64,000 bases of DNA from Chrysomallon squamiferum (Eukaryota > Animalia > Mollusca). The notes under the pieces are model-generated. The model did not search any database. It saw nothing but the letters and a program-made list of their open reading frames with translations, and was not told where the DNA came from. The stretch covers positions 22,506,001-22,570,000 of the forward strand of contig CM022673.1 of assembly GCA_012295275.1 (NCBI GenBank). The letters are read 5' to 3'. A program made the position numbers and the translations under genes. This document shows, one piece after another, positions 41,520 through 55,450 of the stretch (position 1 is its first letter; each line of letters opens with the position of its first letter).

Positions 41520-42937
41520 ACTACTTTGGCATGTAATCTACAGCTTAAAGGGTGATCAACAGCAAAAAAAAGAGAAAATATCTAGGAAATTTCTATAAGA
41601 TAAGAGGAAGATCTTAAAATCCTTTAAGATTAATGCATGATACATATATAAGAAAATCACATACACACAAACTTCATTTCTGAATAGCTATATGATTTGT
41701 TATTCAAAGAGAAGTTGCAGAATATTCAGTTTTTCATTCCGACAAATAGCCAGCATATTCCAATTTAAAATTGTCTAAATTTCCAATACTCATTCAGTTG
41801 AAAGAACCTGGTTGGATTTGAAAATTTGTATTTTGAAAAACATTAGAGGAGTGAACCAAAGAACCTTCCAATCATACTTTGATTATTTTTATTGTATACA
41901 GATGAGGATAAATGCTGAAGATCTTTTTCTTGTGTTTCTAGCAGATGTTCGCTCAATTCATAAATAAAATTATTCTAATTTATATACTTTTTAGCCTTTG
42001 TTCCTATAAATTATAAATGAATAATAAAAGGAACAATTTTTTTTCATTTATGCCTTGAAAAATAATTTTAAAAAACCAAGAATGAACAAAATAATAATTA
42101 AAATAAGCACATAGGTCACATACCAAAGCTTGGAGTAGATCACTAGATCGTGAAGATCACATGCCAAAGTAGCACTGATAATTGTTATTTGTTAATGTTG
42201 CCATTCATTTTCAGTCTGGTCATTTGATAAAAGAACTTTGTTGATCAAAGATGAAACTAGTAGTAGTTTTAAATCAAAACATTACAGCAAAATTAGAAGA
42301 TTTGGTTCAATAAACTGTCAAAAAAATAAACAATTTGAATATAATAAATTAATTATTAAAACATAATTTATGCAGGCATCATTTCTGCAAGTAATAAATC
42401 TTGTAATAAAAAATAATTAACACTGAAATATTTGAATTTACATTCTGGATTAGCAACTTAGTGCTGGATTTAGGGGTGTTGTTCTACTTGGTTGAATTCT
42501 GTATTGATCAAATTCCCACTTGGTTGAAATAACTCGTCTACCTGATTACCTGGGTATGTAATGAACATGGCCTCTTCATACTTTTTCATAGTTTCTGCAT
42601 GGCCTTTTGTAAATAAAACTCTGTACATACAAACTTTCATTAAAGGTGGACAATGGTTTATTTACCAATATATGTTCCTCAGGACATCTTAAATATAGAA
42701 GAAGATGTTTTTGAAAAGAATGGCTGGTTTATGTAAGGTAGAATTTGTACAAACAGTGGAAACAACAGGTTTTATTAGCTGGTTTTATGTATAGTCAAAC
42801 TTGCTTTAATGAAGAAACCACATATTGGAGATGCACCAAACACCAAACACCCCTGTGTCGGCAAGATCATCACAATTGCTGAGCTGCTGGTTTTGTTAGA
42901 AACAGTTTCAGGCATGTCCATCCTCCAAATAATTAAA
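41520..42937 (+). repeat. Left arm of a ~1.4-kb inverted duplication (host flank plus 5' half of a FLYWCH-MULE)
   Basis: Reverse complement of 47465-48865. For example TGGAGATGCACC...GTCGGCAAGATCATCACAATTGCTGAG (~42826-42882) matches ~47520-47570, and GTGCTGGATTTAGG (42461-42474) matches 47923-47936. Confidence 0.9.
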
Positions 42938-45900
42938 CTACCATCAAGTTTAAAAAAATTATCATATAAGAATCCTACTTACAGCAGCTAAAACATTTTT
43001 CATATTTATTTAACTGAAGACATAAAATTTAATAATGAATAAATATCTTTGTGTATGTTGTTTGGAATAAATAATTAAAGATTTAAAAACAGAAGATAGT
43101 ACAACACTAAACAAAAAAATATGAAATAAATGTTAAACAGTAAAATAAAATAAAGAAATATACTTTAGAATGAAATAGTAAAGTTGTATAAACTTATTTA
43201 ATCCTGTTTACTATTTCATTCTACAGTATATTGATTTATTTTATTTTAGTATTTAACACATTTCATTTTTCTATTTTTTTCATATTTAATAAATTTTAAA
43301 TAAATACTTGGAATCTTTAATTTTATTTTGCTTTTATTTCAAGAATATAATAATTTAATAAATAAATAATTCTAATTCAAACTGAAAAAGAAATGCACTA
43401 AATGAATACACAAGTAGCTCAATTTGAATTAAGTTCATTTCTGTAACCCAGAGTTCAATAAAGCCAAAACATGATCTCAGACTGAAAGTGCAAATTATGA
43501 TAACCTGTGGTCCTGTCTAGTGTGTCAGTCTGCAGGGAATGCTAGTGAATAGATACATGTCAGGAAAGTGATTGTAAATTGATTGCATGTTTGATGTGGG
43601 GAAAATAGTTATCTCTGAATTAGAAACCAAGAAAATTAACAATTTTGATCCATGATTATTCTTGAAAGCATCAACTCTGGAAACATTTGTTTTAGTTATT
43701 GTTGAATCTATTTAAAGAACGATGGGTATATACTAACAAGTCAGGAAAAAAGCATTATTAGAAGGGTTCATTGTAGAAATAGATAAATAAAATATAAAAT
43801 AATGGTTTTCTTTTTCCTTTTTTTACAATTAGGTATATTTACTGAAATTATCATTAGTATTAAATTAGTTATTATTAAATATTTTATTTTGGTTCTATTT
43901 TATTAATAGTAAAATATAATTACTATTTAAATGTTAGTAGGTTTATTGAAATAAAATTATTCTTTTTACAAATCAAAATTGACTACAACATATTTTGGCG
44001 GTGCTCTTCTTTTTTTATAAATGGAATATGAATGTGTCTATGTAACCTTTATATAGCTATAATTTTGAAATATTTAGAAAAATTTAAGGCAAAACATCAC
44101 AAAGATAAGTTATTTTTAGAACTGACACCATTCAAGAGTGACAAATCCAAAATTAGTCACAGCTGAAAATCATAATTAATTTTTTTCCCCCAAATATCTG
44201 ATTGTGAGAGTAATAAAAAGAAAAGAATCATTATGTAATAAGCTGAATCTTTTAGTCCTTATCTGACATTTAAATATTCATTAATTTTTCAGTTATCTCA
44301 ATCAACATGGATATCGGTCACTGGTATGACTCAGTCTGTTTGGAAGTAGTTAATTGGGACCACCAAACAATAGATTGTCATCTGTTTCTCTCCATCACAG
44401 AGTGCCAGTTTTCCCCACACATCATCTAAACCTTCAGTTTCATGTCATGGGGGGGAATGGAAGAATCCAGTTGCTTTAAAAGGGGTGTAAGGACAGAGCT
44501 ATTTTTAAAAAGAATAATCAGTGTCTTTTATCTCTTTAACTAGTTTGAAATCCATGTTGTTTCATAGAACTAAGGTATAATATGGTTGTTGTTGTTGTTG
44601 TTTTTTTGTGTAAAATGTTGTTTTTGTGTTTTTTTTACATCTGGGGTTCATTACCATCAGAATATGGCTGATGGAAATATTATCTTATACCCTTGCTGAT
44701 TTGATTTCAAAGTGAAAATGACAGCAGCCACATGGTAGGAATTTTGTCTGTGGACTCTTCCTGTTGTCTTGGAGAAGCTATTTGGGAGAAGATAGTGTGT
44801 CAGTGCCCATCATTGCTGTTCCATGTTTCTACTCCACATCCAAGGAGTCCAGGCCAGGGCCAGGCCGCCAAGCTTGAGACAATAACAAAAGTGTACTAAA
44901 CTTAGCAGATAGGATTTAGAGGATTCTTTAAAAAAAATTACACTTAACTCTACAACATTTATTTCCTAAAAGTAAGTGAAAACAAATCACTGATATTTAT
45001 TTATTTATATTTTTCAGTGAAATTTTGGTAAAAAATTGACCATATAAAATGGAAATATTTAAAATTATTATAAAATATTTTGTATTAAATCATTATATTA
45101 TACAGGTTAATATTACAAAAAACACTTTTCCATTTATTTAGAAGGTAATAATATCCTGATATACTATAATGTAGTCATGATGGTGATGATTCCTATATGA
45201 AATATAACATTTTCAATTTTATTAATTTATTCAGATTTATCAGAATATAAGTTTATGAAGTTAATTTGATTCAGCAGTAATATTATTGAATTAATATTAA
45301 TGTCGAAATAAATTATTGTAATAAAATTATTCCTATTTCTAAATTCAGAAAACTCTTGATGTAATAACATTTGTTTTTGGTGTTTTTCACTGATTAACAG
45401 ATATATAAAATACATTCAGTGTAGAATATTAAATTTTCTAATACAAGAATGGCATGTCTTTTTAAAAAAAATTATAAAATGTTAAAGGAACTAAAGAAAT
45501 TCAGTGATATCAGTTCAAATTTCAAAAGAAATTTATCTGTTTATATGTGGTAAATTATGTCTTTTTATTTCTTTTTAATATAACTTTTTCATTTATCTAT
45601 TTTACACATTACACTGGTTTCACAGATTGACAAATTATAGAATTTATATATGTATGTATGTAGATATATTGGAAAAGATTTACTGATGAAGAACAAAAAG
45701 ACTGGCCACAAATTTACTAATGTAAGACACATTATATTAATCTGTAATATAAAAGAATATATTTACACTATATTTTAATAATCATATGTAACTAGATGAA
45801 AGATGTTTTACAAAAAATAAGATGAGAAATAATCCATGTATGCATTTTCCAAAAAAAAAAAAAAAAAAAAAAAAATTATATTTACCTCACAACAAGCAAA

Positions 45901-46110
45901 AATAATTAAAAGAAAGAAAAGCTATACAAAACAAGATCCATTTTAATTTTAAATAAATAAATATTTATATTGCTTTTGTTTTATTACAACAAACTGATAT
46001 TTAATGTATTTTTAAATAGATGTTTTAATGAATAATCATTAATTTCTTCATTTCCATCACCATCATTAGAAATTCATAAACAGATATTATAAACTTTTAA
46101 AATCTGTTTT

Positions 46111-46141
<31 letters not shown>

Positions 46142-47039
46142 TATTATTATTATTATCTTCTGTAATTTATATTTAAACTGTACATATATTCAAAGCAGTG
46201 TCACTTGCATATTTCAGGCTGTCAGGAATCACCAATACTTATAATTACATAACACATTAGATTTCCATTCAAATGTTAACATCCAACTGGTCACTTGAAA
46301 CAATGATTTAGCAGCTATTCACACGGCATCTTATCATGTTGATCAGTTCAAGGCAGTCCCTTGCATTATGCTTGGTAACCATGGTGACTGATATTTGCAG
46401 TAAGGTTTACGCAAGACTGTTCACTGACATTTAATTGTCTTGCACAGCTTTATCCATAAATCAGCACTTTTGTCTTTCTAAAGTTATTTCTGTTATATCT
46501 TAAGCCTTAGAAATTTAAAGTGAAAAGGGTGGGGGAAGTGATTTTTGTAAATCTTGATTCGATAATGTAAGAAAATACAGAAAAAGTAAGAAGTAAAAGT
46601 GTATGTTTGTGTGGTTCAGTAAATTCTTCTGTTTTTTCAGTGAGAGTATTAATTTGCTGTGTGTTTGAGTAACTTAAGTAAAATGGTATAATTATGTCAG
46701 GTTGAATATTTAAAAAAAAAAATTATATAATTTCTTTTTTAAAGTGCTGATTTATATTATGTTTATAAGTAAGCTGTAGAAATATATTTCTGAAAAGACA
46801 GCAACAATAAAAAATTAAAAAAATGAATATACACAGTATGTGATTCTGAGATTGGATGCAATGATAACAGATGAAATTAAAGGAAATTAGTCTGGAACAA
46901 AATGGCTGTAAATTTTAGAAGCTATTATAACAGTAAATACTAGAAACAGCTGATTAAAGACAATTTAAAAAATAAAACATCTCCTTTTATCTGTCATACT
47001 TTAGTGTTTTAAGCAGTTGTTTAACTTATGCCTAAATCC

Positions 47040-47922
47040 GGCTTACTCCCATGTGGCCAAATTCCCAATTGGTCAAACTACTGAAAAAAGCTATAAATAC
47101 AGTTCTTTGGTCTTACTGACATGCATGTTGTTACCTCAGTCATTATAATGGAAACCAATTATTATCGGTATGGATATCGTTTATTGCATAAAGTATGCAA
47201 GTACGACAAATATGAAAATAATCCATTTATTAAATGTAGTGAATGTAAATAATAAAAAATAAGGTCTCTATCTAAAAATGTTTATTTCACAAAAAACAAT
47301 CACTGCAGCTTCATGAGGTGACCAATGGCGTCCAGGTATTGCAAGGATATTTTGGTCCTGTCAGAGTTGCTGCTTAAGCTGACTGACTGTTTTCGAGATC
47401 CCAGTAGCCTCTCTTCCTCTCTTTCTCCGATCCAGCATTCAACTGCACTAAATTAGCACATTTCTTTAATTATTTAGAGGATGGTCATGCCTGAAACTGT
47501 TTCTAACAAAACCAGCAACTCAGCAATTGTGATGATCTTGCCGACACAGGAGTGTTTGGTCCATCTCCAATATGTGGTTTCTTCATTAAAGCACGTTTGA
47601 CTATACGTAAAACCAGCTAACAAAACCTGTTGTTTCCACTGTTTGTACAAATTCTACCTTACATAAACAGCCATTCCTGGAATGGTGAAAGTGATTTTTT
47701 TTTTTTTTCAAAAACCTCTTCTTATATATTCAAGAGACCATGGAAAATATATATTGGTAAATAAACCATTATCCATCTTTAATGAAAGTTTGTATGTACA
47801 GAGTTTTATTCACAAAAGGCCATGCAGAAACTATGAAAAAGTATGAAGAGGCCATTTTCATTAAAATCAGGTAGACGAGTTATTTCGACCAATTGGGAAT
47901 TCAACCAACAACGAACAACACC
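47040..47922 (-). mobile_element. Internally deleted Mutator-like (MULE/Phantom-type) element, 883 bp, with 9-bp TSD
   Basis: TSD CCTAAATCC at 47031-47039 and 47923-47931. Termini begin GG on each strand, with the AATTCCCAATTGGTC motif inverted at ~47060-47074 and ~47887-47901. The minus strand carries an N-terminal FLYWCH (QVLLAGFTYSQTCFNEETTYWR..C.GKIIT...HDHP) joined to a MULE C-terminus (VQLNAG...RKRGY.DLE...LKQQL...SLQYLDAIGHLMKLQ*); the DDE core is deleted. Confidence 0.85.
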
Positions 47923-48865
47923 CCTAAATCCAGCACTCAGTGGCTGTCCGTAATCCAGAATGTAAACATTTAATGCTAATTATTTTTTATTACAAGATTC
48001 ATTACTTGCAGAAATGGACAACTTTGTCCAGTGGTTTGATGCCTGCATAAATTATATTTTAATAATTAATTTATTATATTCACATTGTTTATTTTTTTGA
48101 CAGTTTATTGAACTGAACCTTCAAATTTAGCTGTAATGTTTTGATTTAAAACTACTACTAGTTTCATATATAATCAACAAAGTTCTTTCATCAAATGACC
48201 AGACTGAAAATGAATGGCAACATTAACAGATAACAATTATAAGTGCTACTTTGGCATGTGATCTACGCACTTATTTCAATTATCATTTATTCTTGGTTTT
48301 TATTATTTTTCATGGCATAAATGAAAATTTTTTCCTTTTATTATACATTTATAATTTATAGGAACAAAGGCTTAGAAAAGTATACATATTTGAATGATTT
48401 TATTTATGAATTGAGCAAACATCTCTAGAAACACAAGAAAAAGATCTTCCATTTTTTTTTTTTGCTTCCTTCTTTTCTTCACCACAATGATAATAATATG
48501 ATGCAACATTTTCTTCATCATCTACAAGGCTTTCTTTGGAAAAATCTTTAGCCAACATCTTAAGGATTCTATAGAAATTGAAAACTAAATGAAGAAGTAA
48601 AATCACAGAGTGGAATATGGATGAACTACCAAACATATATCTATTCAGAAATGAAGTTTGCCTGGATGTAATGTTTTTATATGTGTATCATGCATTAATC
48701 TAAAAGAATTTTAAGATTTTCTGATGCAAACCAGGTAATATCTATTGTATTACTTTACCTGCCTGCTGTAAACTGATCTTTCCTGTTAAAGGAATATAAT
48801 TATCTTTTCTCATTACACTGTTATCTTACAGAAATTAGTGTGTTGTAAATCACATGCCATAGTAC
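47465..48865 (-). repeat. Right arm of the inverted duplication
   Basis: Matches 41520-42937 in reverse orientation; similarity is patchier in the distal part. Confidence 0.85.
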
Positions 48866-49982
48866 CACCCACATACATATACATGATACAGACACTTGAA
48901 AAACATAATATCATTGATGAAAATCAGATGATGTTTTGGTTCTTTTTTGGTTGTATTTTTAATTTTTCTGCTCTTTTTCTTAATGCTGAAGTCTAGACGA
49001 AGAATGATATTTACTAGTATATTGTTAATAATGTCTATGTATTGAGAGCATAGCCAATTTTATCAAGAATTCTGAACTGTGATGGTCTGTTTGTTTTGCT
49101 TCACATATGAATTTATGAATGTTTCTTCCTTAGTGAAATGTAAATGTAAAAATGCTTCTTTTCAGAATATTATTTTTTTTATGTATAGTCAAAAATAACT
49201 TGCTGTTGATTCTTATAGGACTTACAACAAGAATATTTTCCACAATACTGAAAGACATCACTTATTAAATGAAGGAGATCAAAGGATTTTAAGGATTTTT
49301 TTTAATGAATTTAATAAAGTGTTCATTGCTAGAGCACTTACTTTGGCAGGCTAATATCAGCATACAATTTTACGAAGAGGAAAACTTGCATATATAGGAA
49401 TAGAGAGTTTATCCTTTATTACCTTACTCTTACTAAAGCTTTAAGGTTTCTGTTATTTTTTTTATTAATATACCTAAAAAAGAGAAATACTGTATTTATA
49501 TTACAGAGTTGACAATTAAAAGAAATTTTCTTTGTCAAGCATTTCTCACAGTTTTAATATTCAAATTCTCAAAAAATTTGAGTCTATCAAAGGTATTTCA
49601 GATTTTGCATTTTTATTTCATTGTATTTATTTTTCAATTTGTATTTGGAAGATCTGAAACACATGACATGCACCTAGGAGAGTGGTCTGAGGCAGTGATA
49701 CATTCACTAACCCCTGTGCATGATTAGTTGCATGATTAGTTACAGGATCAGTTTTTCATTGTGTTCCCACTGAGCTAATTCTTTTGCTGCTTATCACAAA
49801 GCAGACAGAGGTTTCTGGTTTTTTGTTTGTAACTATAATTTTATGCTTGACATTAAGAATAAAATATTTCTTTCTTAAAAGTTAATGAATTAAAACTAGA
49901 ATGATAATAATTATTATTTTTAAAAAAGAAGAAAAAACATAGTTGTATAAGGCATTTAAATCATTTTTCAAGGTTTTTGTAT

Positions 49983-50017
<35 letters not shown>

Positions 50018-51282
50018 TTATAATTATTATTATTTGAAATAAAATTCTCTCATTAAGTATTTGATTTTTTTTTTTTTTTTTTTTCTTTAACTATCAGTAA
50101 AATACTTGTTCTAATACAGTTGTACTCTGTCTTTTCTGAATTTCTCTCTCTGTTTTTATCTTTTTCTCTCATCTGCTTGAGGCAGAATACATTCTTTATT
50201 TTTTTTCATTATTATTTTTTTTTTTTTTGCTTGAATAAACACTTTCATTTCATCAGTTTGCTATTGATAACATAAAACACATTGGCACTTTCCACTGTTT
50301 GTCTAACAGGATCAGCACATTCTGATTTGTTACTGACACTACAGTAACATTAAAGAATAAACATTACATATAAACTTAGTGTCATTTATAGCAGTTGATT
50401 TACTTACAGCTCAGTATTACACAATCTTTGTTGCAAGTCTTGTCATAGAATATTTTTTTTAACATGTACAAATATCTCCAGTTTACAAATTTAGTTTTAA
50501 AACATCTTCTTAAAACTTATGAAGATGTTCAGAGCTGATACATAAGATGGTTATTTTTATCTCTATAATTTATGGAACATAACTGCATTAACCTCATGGG
50601 CTTGGCCCAGATAGTATTATAAACTTAAAATTGAAGATAAAGAATAGAAAACTAAAGGAAAAATGTTTTTGTAGCACAATATTTTAGTTCATGACAGAGG
50701 ATACTAAAAGAAATCACTGAAAATAGTTTTTAAATATGGTAATGTATATTTCAAGGTTAGAAAACTTGTAAAGATTGTTACATATATTTATGTATATTTC
50801 TCTCTTCTATCTCTCTATCTCACTCTATCTGTGTCTGTCCTCATAACCACCTTTTTTTTAAATATATATATCTCTCTGATTTTCTCTTGGTCTTCTAAAG
50901 TTCTATCTATCTGTTTATCCTTTTCTCTGAAGATATGAAAAAAGAAAAAAGAAGATATTACGTATTTCTTAGGATAAAGGATGCTGACTGGAAGTGAGAA
51001 AAATAAATAATCTCAAGCTGATGTGTATCTAATGTTTGTATTTTAGATTAATCATAATATACATTTTTTATATTAAACATAATACATATATACATACATA
51101 CATACATACATACATACAAAGAATATAAATTTAATGCCAAATTAATAGGAAATTATAGGTTATAGGTTATTATGTATGTAAAATACAGGAAATACATAAA
51201 GTTTCTGACAAAGTGTAGCATTGTAAAAAAAAAGTTATCAAAAAAGATGTATCTATGTGATTGTCTCTTGGTGTTCTAAAGC

Positions 51283-51311
<29 letters not shown>

Positions 51312-51313
<2 letters not shown>

Positions 51314-51385
51314 CTGTTTCTATTTTCAAACAGTCACAAAGTATATATATATACTTTGTGACAGAGTTTGAAAATAGAAACAGTT
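51312..51385. repeat. Near-perfect 74-bp palindrome centred on (TA)n
   Basis: AACTGTTTCTATTTTCAAAC-A-GTCACAAAG-(TA)6-CTTTGTGAC-AGA-GTTTGAAAATAGAAACAGTT. Confidence 0.9.
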
Positions 51386-53125
51386 AATGACTCAGGAGAG
51401 CTAGATATCAACATCTATGTTAGTAACATGATGGACAACACATGGTGCTGATAGATATAAACTTGATGTGTGCTGGTTTTAGTTTGTGCAAAAACATGAC
51501 TTTTTCACATTTTATTACTAATGGAATGAAAACTATCCTGTTTTCATGGCTTATTTTAATATTTTCTAACTGAAAATCATGCTTATTTATGTTATTTCTT
51601 CATGAACATATACTGTTAATTACATCACTTAGTGTATATTTCAATTTTGAAATAAAAAGGTACTGGGATATTTCAGTCTGCATAATTATATCCTGACCTA
51701 TAATGCAAAATAAACTCTTTTCTTGTAGCAATAATTCATAAATATTTCACATTACTACGAACAAGAAATCAAGCAGCCAGAAAGGTCGTGCATATTTACT
51801 TTACTAGAATTGAAAGGTTTCATTTACCATTTTAGAATTTTTATATGGTATAGTATAACCAATCACAACAATTACAAGTGATGAATATTTATAAAGAAAT
51901 GAATATAATGGTGCATTGAAGCATTGATATTCTCTGTGAAATTATTATTGATATTTACTTCACTGAGGTCTTAAACTTGCAATAATAGTTATATCTGTAG
52001 GTATATATATGTATTTGGGAGTGTGTTTATATGTATTTGAAGTGTGAGAGTAAAGTACTTGCATGTATTAAAAATGGATTCAGATAAAAATATTTCATTA
52101 ACAATCAGTATTCAACTAATTTATTTTAATAATGATATGCACACACATTCATACATAAAGACAAACCTAGGATACGCATTGTACAAATGAATATCCAAGA
52201 TTTTACTACATAATAATATTAAAAGTTTCTTTTGCTAAATTTAAAATTTGATAAATATAGTGTAAATATGTCAGTTAATCCAAACTGAAAGGAAATTCTG
52301 GTGTTGTAAGCAGACACATTATGTGTCCATTTCTTTGACACTAAAAATCTGACTCTAATCTGGCCTTGCCATGTTGATTTAACCTTTAGAACTTTCATAT
52401 TTTGGAGAAATATGTAATTTTCTTCAGTTTAAACAAATAGTTTCTGCAACTGATTTAATGTATGTAGTGTTGTATATGGGTTACTTATTTCATGTTTAAA
52501 GGTTTTTATAGAAAGTATCAATAATTTATGTATTTGCATTAGAAGCAAAGAGAAGCAGATATTTTGAGTTTCTTTTGTTTGTATCATGTTTATGATTTAA
52601 AATAAAAGTATAAATATTTTTAGATGGTCAGATTATAATATGTTTATATATAATTTTATTTATGAGTAAATGCTTATAAATGCCTATGTGTGTGTTGAAA
52701 AAAAGTATACATACACATGTATTCTTTAGTATTCCTTCACCTTATCAAAAGTCAGTCTATTTGAGACTTACTGAATTCTAAATTATGAAATTTTTAATTT
52801 GATTTTTATATTCCACAATATTAAAAAAAAAAAAAAAGATATGGGAAAACAAATTGGGAGAAGCCATGTATATTTAGAACACAGCTTTTCTCTCACAAGA
52901 TAAACACAGACATTTGTAGCTGATTCTGTTCACACTGGAATGGCCTAGCTTCCTGTTGTTACTGATAAACACTTCTAATTTCAGACGCTCTTCACATATA
53001 ACAACATTCTTTGAAATCTCAGTTTTCCAGCAGAAACTTTTTATAATTTATTTAATTATTTATTTAATTTTAAAATGATTATATTATGGGATAAATTATT
53101 TTAGAGCTTAATTGCTAATTTATTA

Positions 53126-53164
<39 letters not shown>

Positions 53165-54848
53165 TAAACCAGACTGAAAAGAAAAAGAAAAAGAACAACA
53201 ACAAAATTTCCCAAGAGTTTAATAATAATATTTTAAATAATTTAAAATATCATTTACTTTGTATGCTATCACATATTATAATGGTTCCAATTTTTTTATT
53301 TTATAATCTTCATTTTTGAAAAAGTACTGGAAAGGAAAGTGAAGATCTTATATGAATTAATTTTCCATGAAAAACATTTAGGTATTATTATTTTGTTTTC
53401 AAAATTTTTATTTATTTATTCATTTATCTTATTTCATTTTTAATTTGGATTTTTTTTCAAAGAAATATTACAAATGCAGATTTTGTGTAAATTGATTTTT
53501 GAGAAAAAAATTTAAAACTTTATTCTTAATATTAATTTATTGACTAATTATCTTACAGTACCAAATCATTTTATGAATAAAAACTAAAACTAAAAATCAT
53601 GAATGGTTGTCTTGTAATGTGATCAACTTGAAAAGGATAAGAAAAATGGAAATCAGATATGAAATCAGAAATCTGCAACTGTTGAATGTGTAACATTACT
53701 TCAATAAACAACACATGTTACATTCAGTATACAGATATAGTATGAGTACAGTCTGGAATAGAAATTAAAAACTAAAATTTCAAATCATAAACAAGTTAAT
53801 AATTTAAATGGTAAAATGTTAGCAAACTGAGCTGATTTGGATAGAAACAGTAGTCTTATAAAAAAAACAGCATGCAGTTATGTGAATTTATTTTCTTTCT
53901 TTACAGTTAAAATATGAGTTAACAAGCATATTTCCTAGTCAAATGAAAGACTGATTAATGTGATGTTAAAGAGTCAAGGAATGAAAATATTTGGCAGCAT
54001 CTTTATTTCTGCCTACATGTGCTAATTAATACCTCTGCTTTTATTAGGCAGTCATCACAGATTAGTTAATTAATAGTTGGGAGGTCACTCATACAACTTC
54101 CTAACAGTTTCTATGGCTCTGATCCAGAAACTTTGCACTAGTTCTCTGTAGCCTGAATGAGGCTCCATTTGGGTTGAGTAGCTTCCTTCCTGAAAAACAA
54201 AATAGGAGGGAGGTTCTGTTAAGACTGGATAGTCTTCTTCCTGCTCAGAAGTAGCTATTGCAGTAGTAGAGAGACAATGTGTGTGCATGTATCTATAATA
54301 ATGGTTTATGTGTGTTACTTACTTGATATGTATGGCAAAAATATTGCCATTAAATGATTCAGTTAATATTTGAAGTCAAATCAAGACAAAAGCATTTTTC
54401 ATAATAAATTGATGAACATACTGAATATTTTTTAAATTTATAAATAAATAATAGGCCTAATATAAATTATTATTATTTTATTTCATGCAATTTAAAAAAC
54501 ACTCATTTCTATTTATTATTTATTATACTGAAAACAAGTCTTCCTGTTTAATTTATCATTTATTAAATTGTTAAATTAAATGTATTTATGTGCGTGTATG
54601 TTGTGTATATATATATATTGAAATGCTCCAGGCTGTCAATTTTCTTTAAAAAATGCATTTGGAATCTGCTGGCATGTTTTGGTCATGAAACTACAAGTTA
54701 ATGTTATAACGTTTCTTTAATGAGTAATGATTTAGTTTTGCAGTATTAACTGTCACTGTCTGATATGGATCTGACAAAGTCAGTATTATACTGATCCAAC
54801 AGTTAATCACCAGAACTGAATGTCAGTTTTTTATATATATATATTTAT

Positions 54849-55450
54849 GTGCACTAGAGCCAAAGTTAGCCACACTTAGCCACACATAGCCATAACATGA
54901 AGTAAACAGGCTAACTGTGGGCCTCAAGTGTAACCAGGAAATTATCACCTAAAACAAGCCATGGCATTTCAAGATCTAATAATTGTTGCTATGATGGCTG
55001 TTATTTTTAATGAGACTGATTACTTTACTTGTTTCATTTTCTTCTCATTACCATCATAATAATAAAAACATAGAGAAGGTTCATTTTACCAATACTGAAA
55101 CAGAACCAAATAGTTGATTTAGAAAAATGTTAAAATTTCGGGTAACCCATGCTGGCACGGTGAGTGTATGAAATTAATATTCATTTAATAAGTTTAATAA
55201 CTCAAGTGTTTCTTTTAGTCATTAAGATGGCAGCCTAAAGAAAAAGATGTTATTCGTTTTTGATGTTTCAAGTTGTTTATAGTTATACTTGAATCAGTTG
55301 ATACAATTTTGGTTTAATTTCTTTGCTTAGAATTTCTTTTTATTCATTTGGAGTTTTCCTTTTATCGCTGTAATCAGCATTTGGTATAAGAAATAGATAA
55401 TTAACTAAGGGAGGTAAGTTACCTTAAGTGTAGCTAAGAATCTGGTACAA
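54849..55450. mobile_element. Possible degenerate TIR element (MITE or deleted DNA transposon)
   Basis: Tandem TTAGCCACAC motifs at 54868-54895 and an inverted partner TAAGTGTAGCTAA at ~55425-55437, in TA-rich context; no coding remnant recognised. Confidence 0.3.

Noticed and set aside
44740-44880. GC-rich patch with CCAGG repeats
   Set aside because: No recognisable translation in the frames examined and no splice or terminal signals; likely an unidentifiable old repeat.
55140-55166. Donor-like CACG|GTGAGT as an upstream exon of the 56398 isoform
   Set aside because: It lies within a probable degenerate TIR element and may be that element's own intron signal; cannot be assigned.
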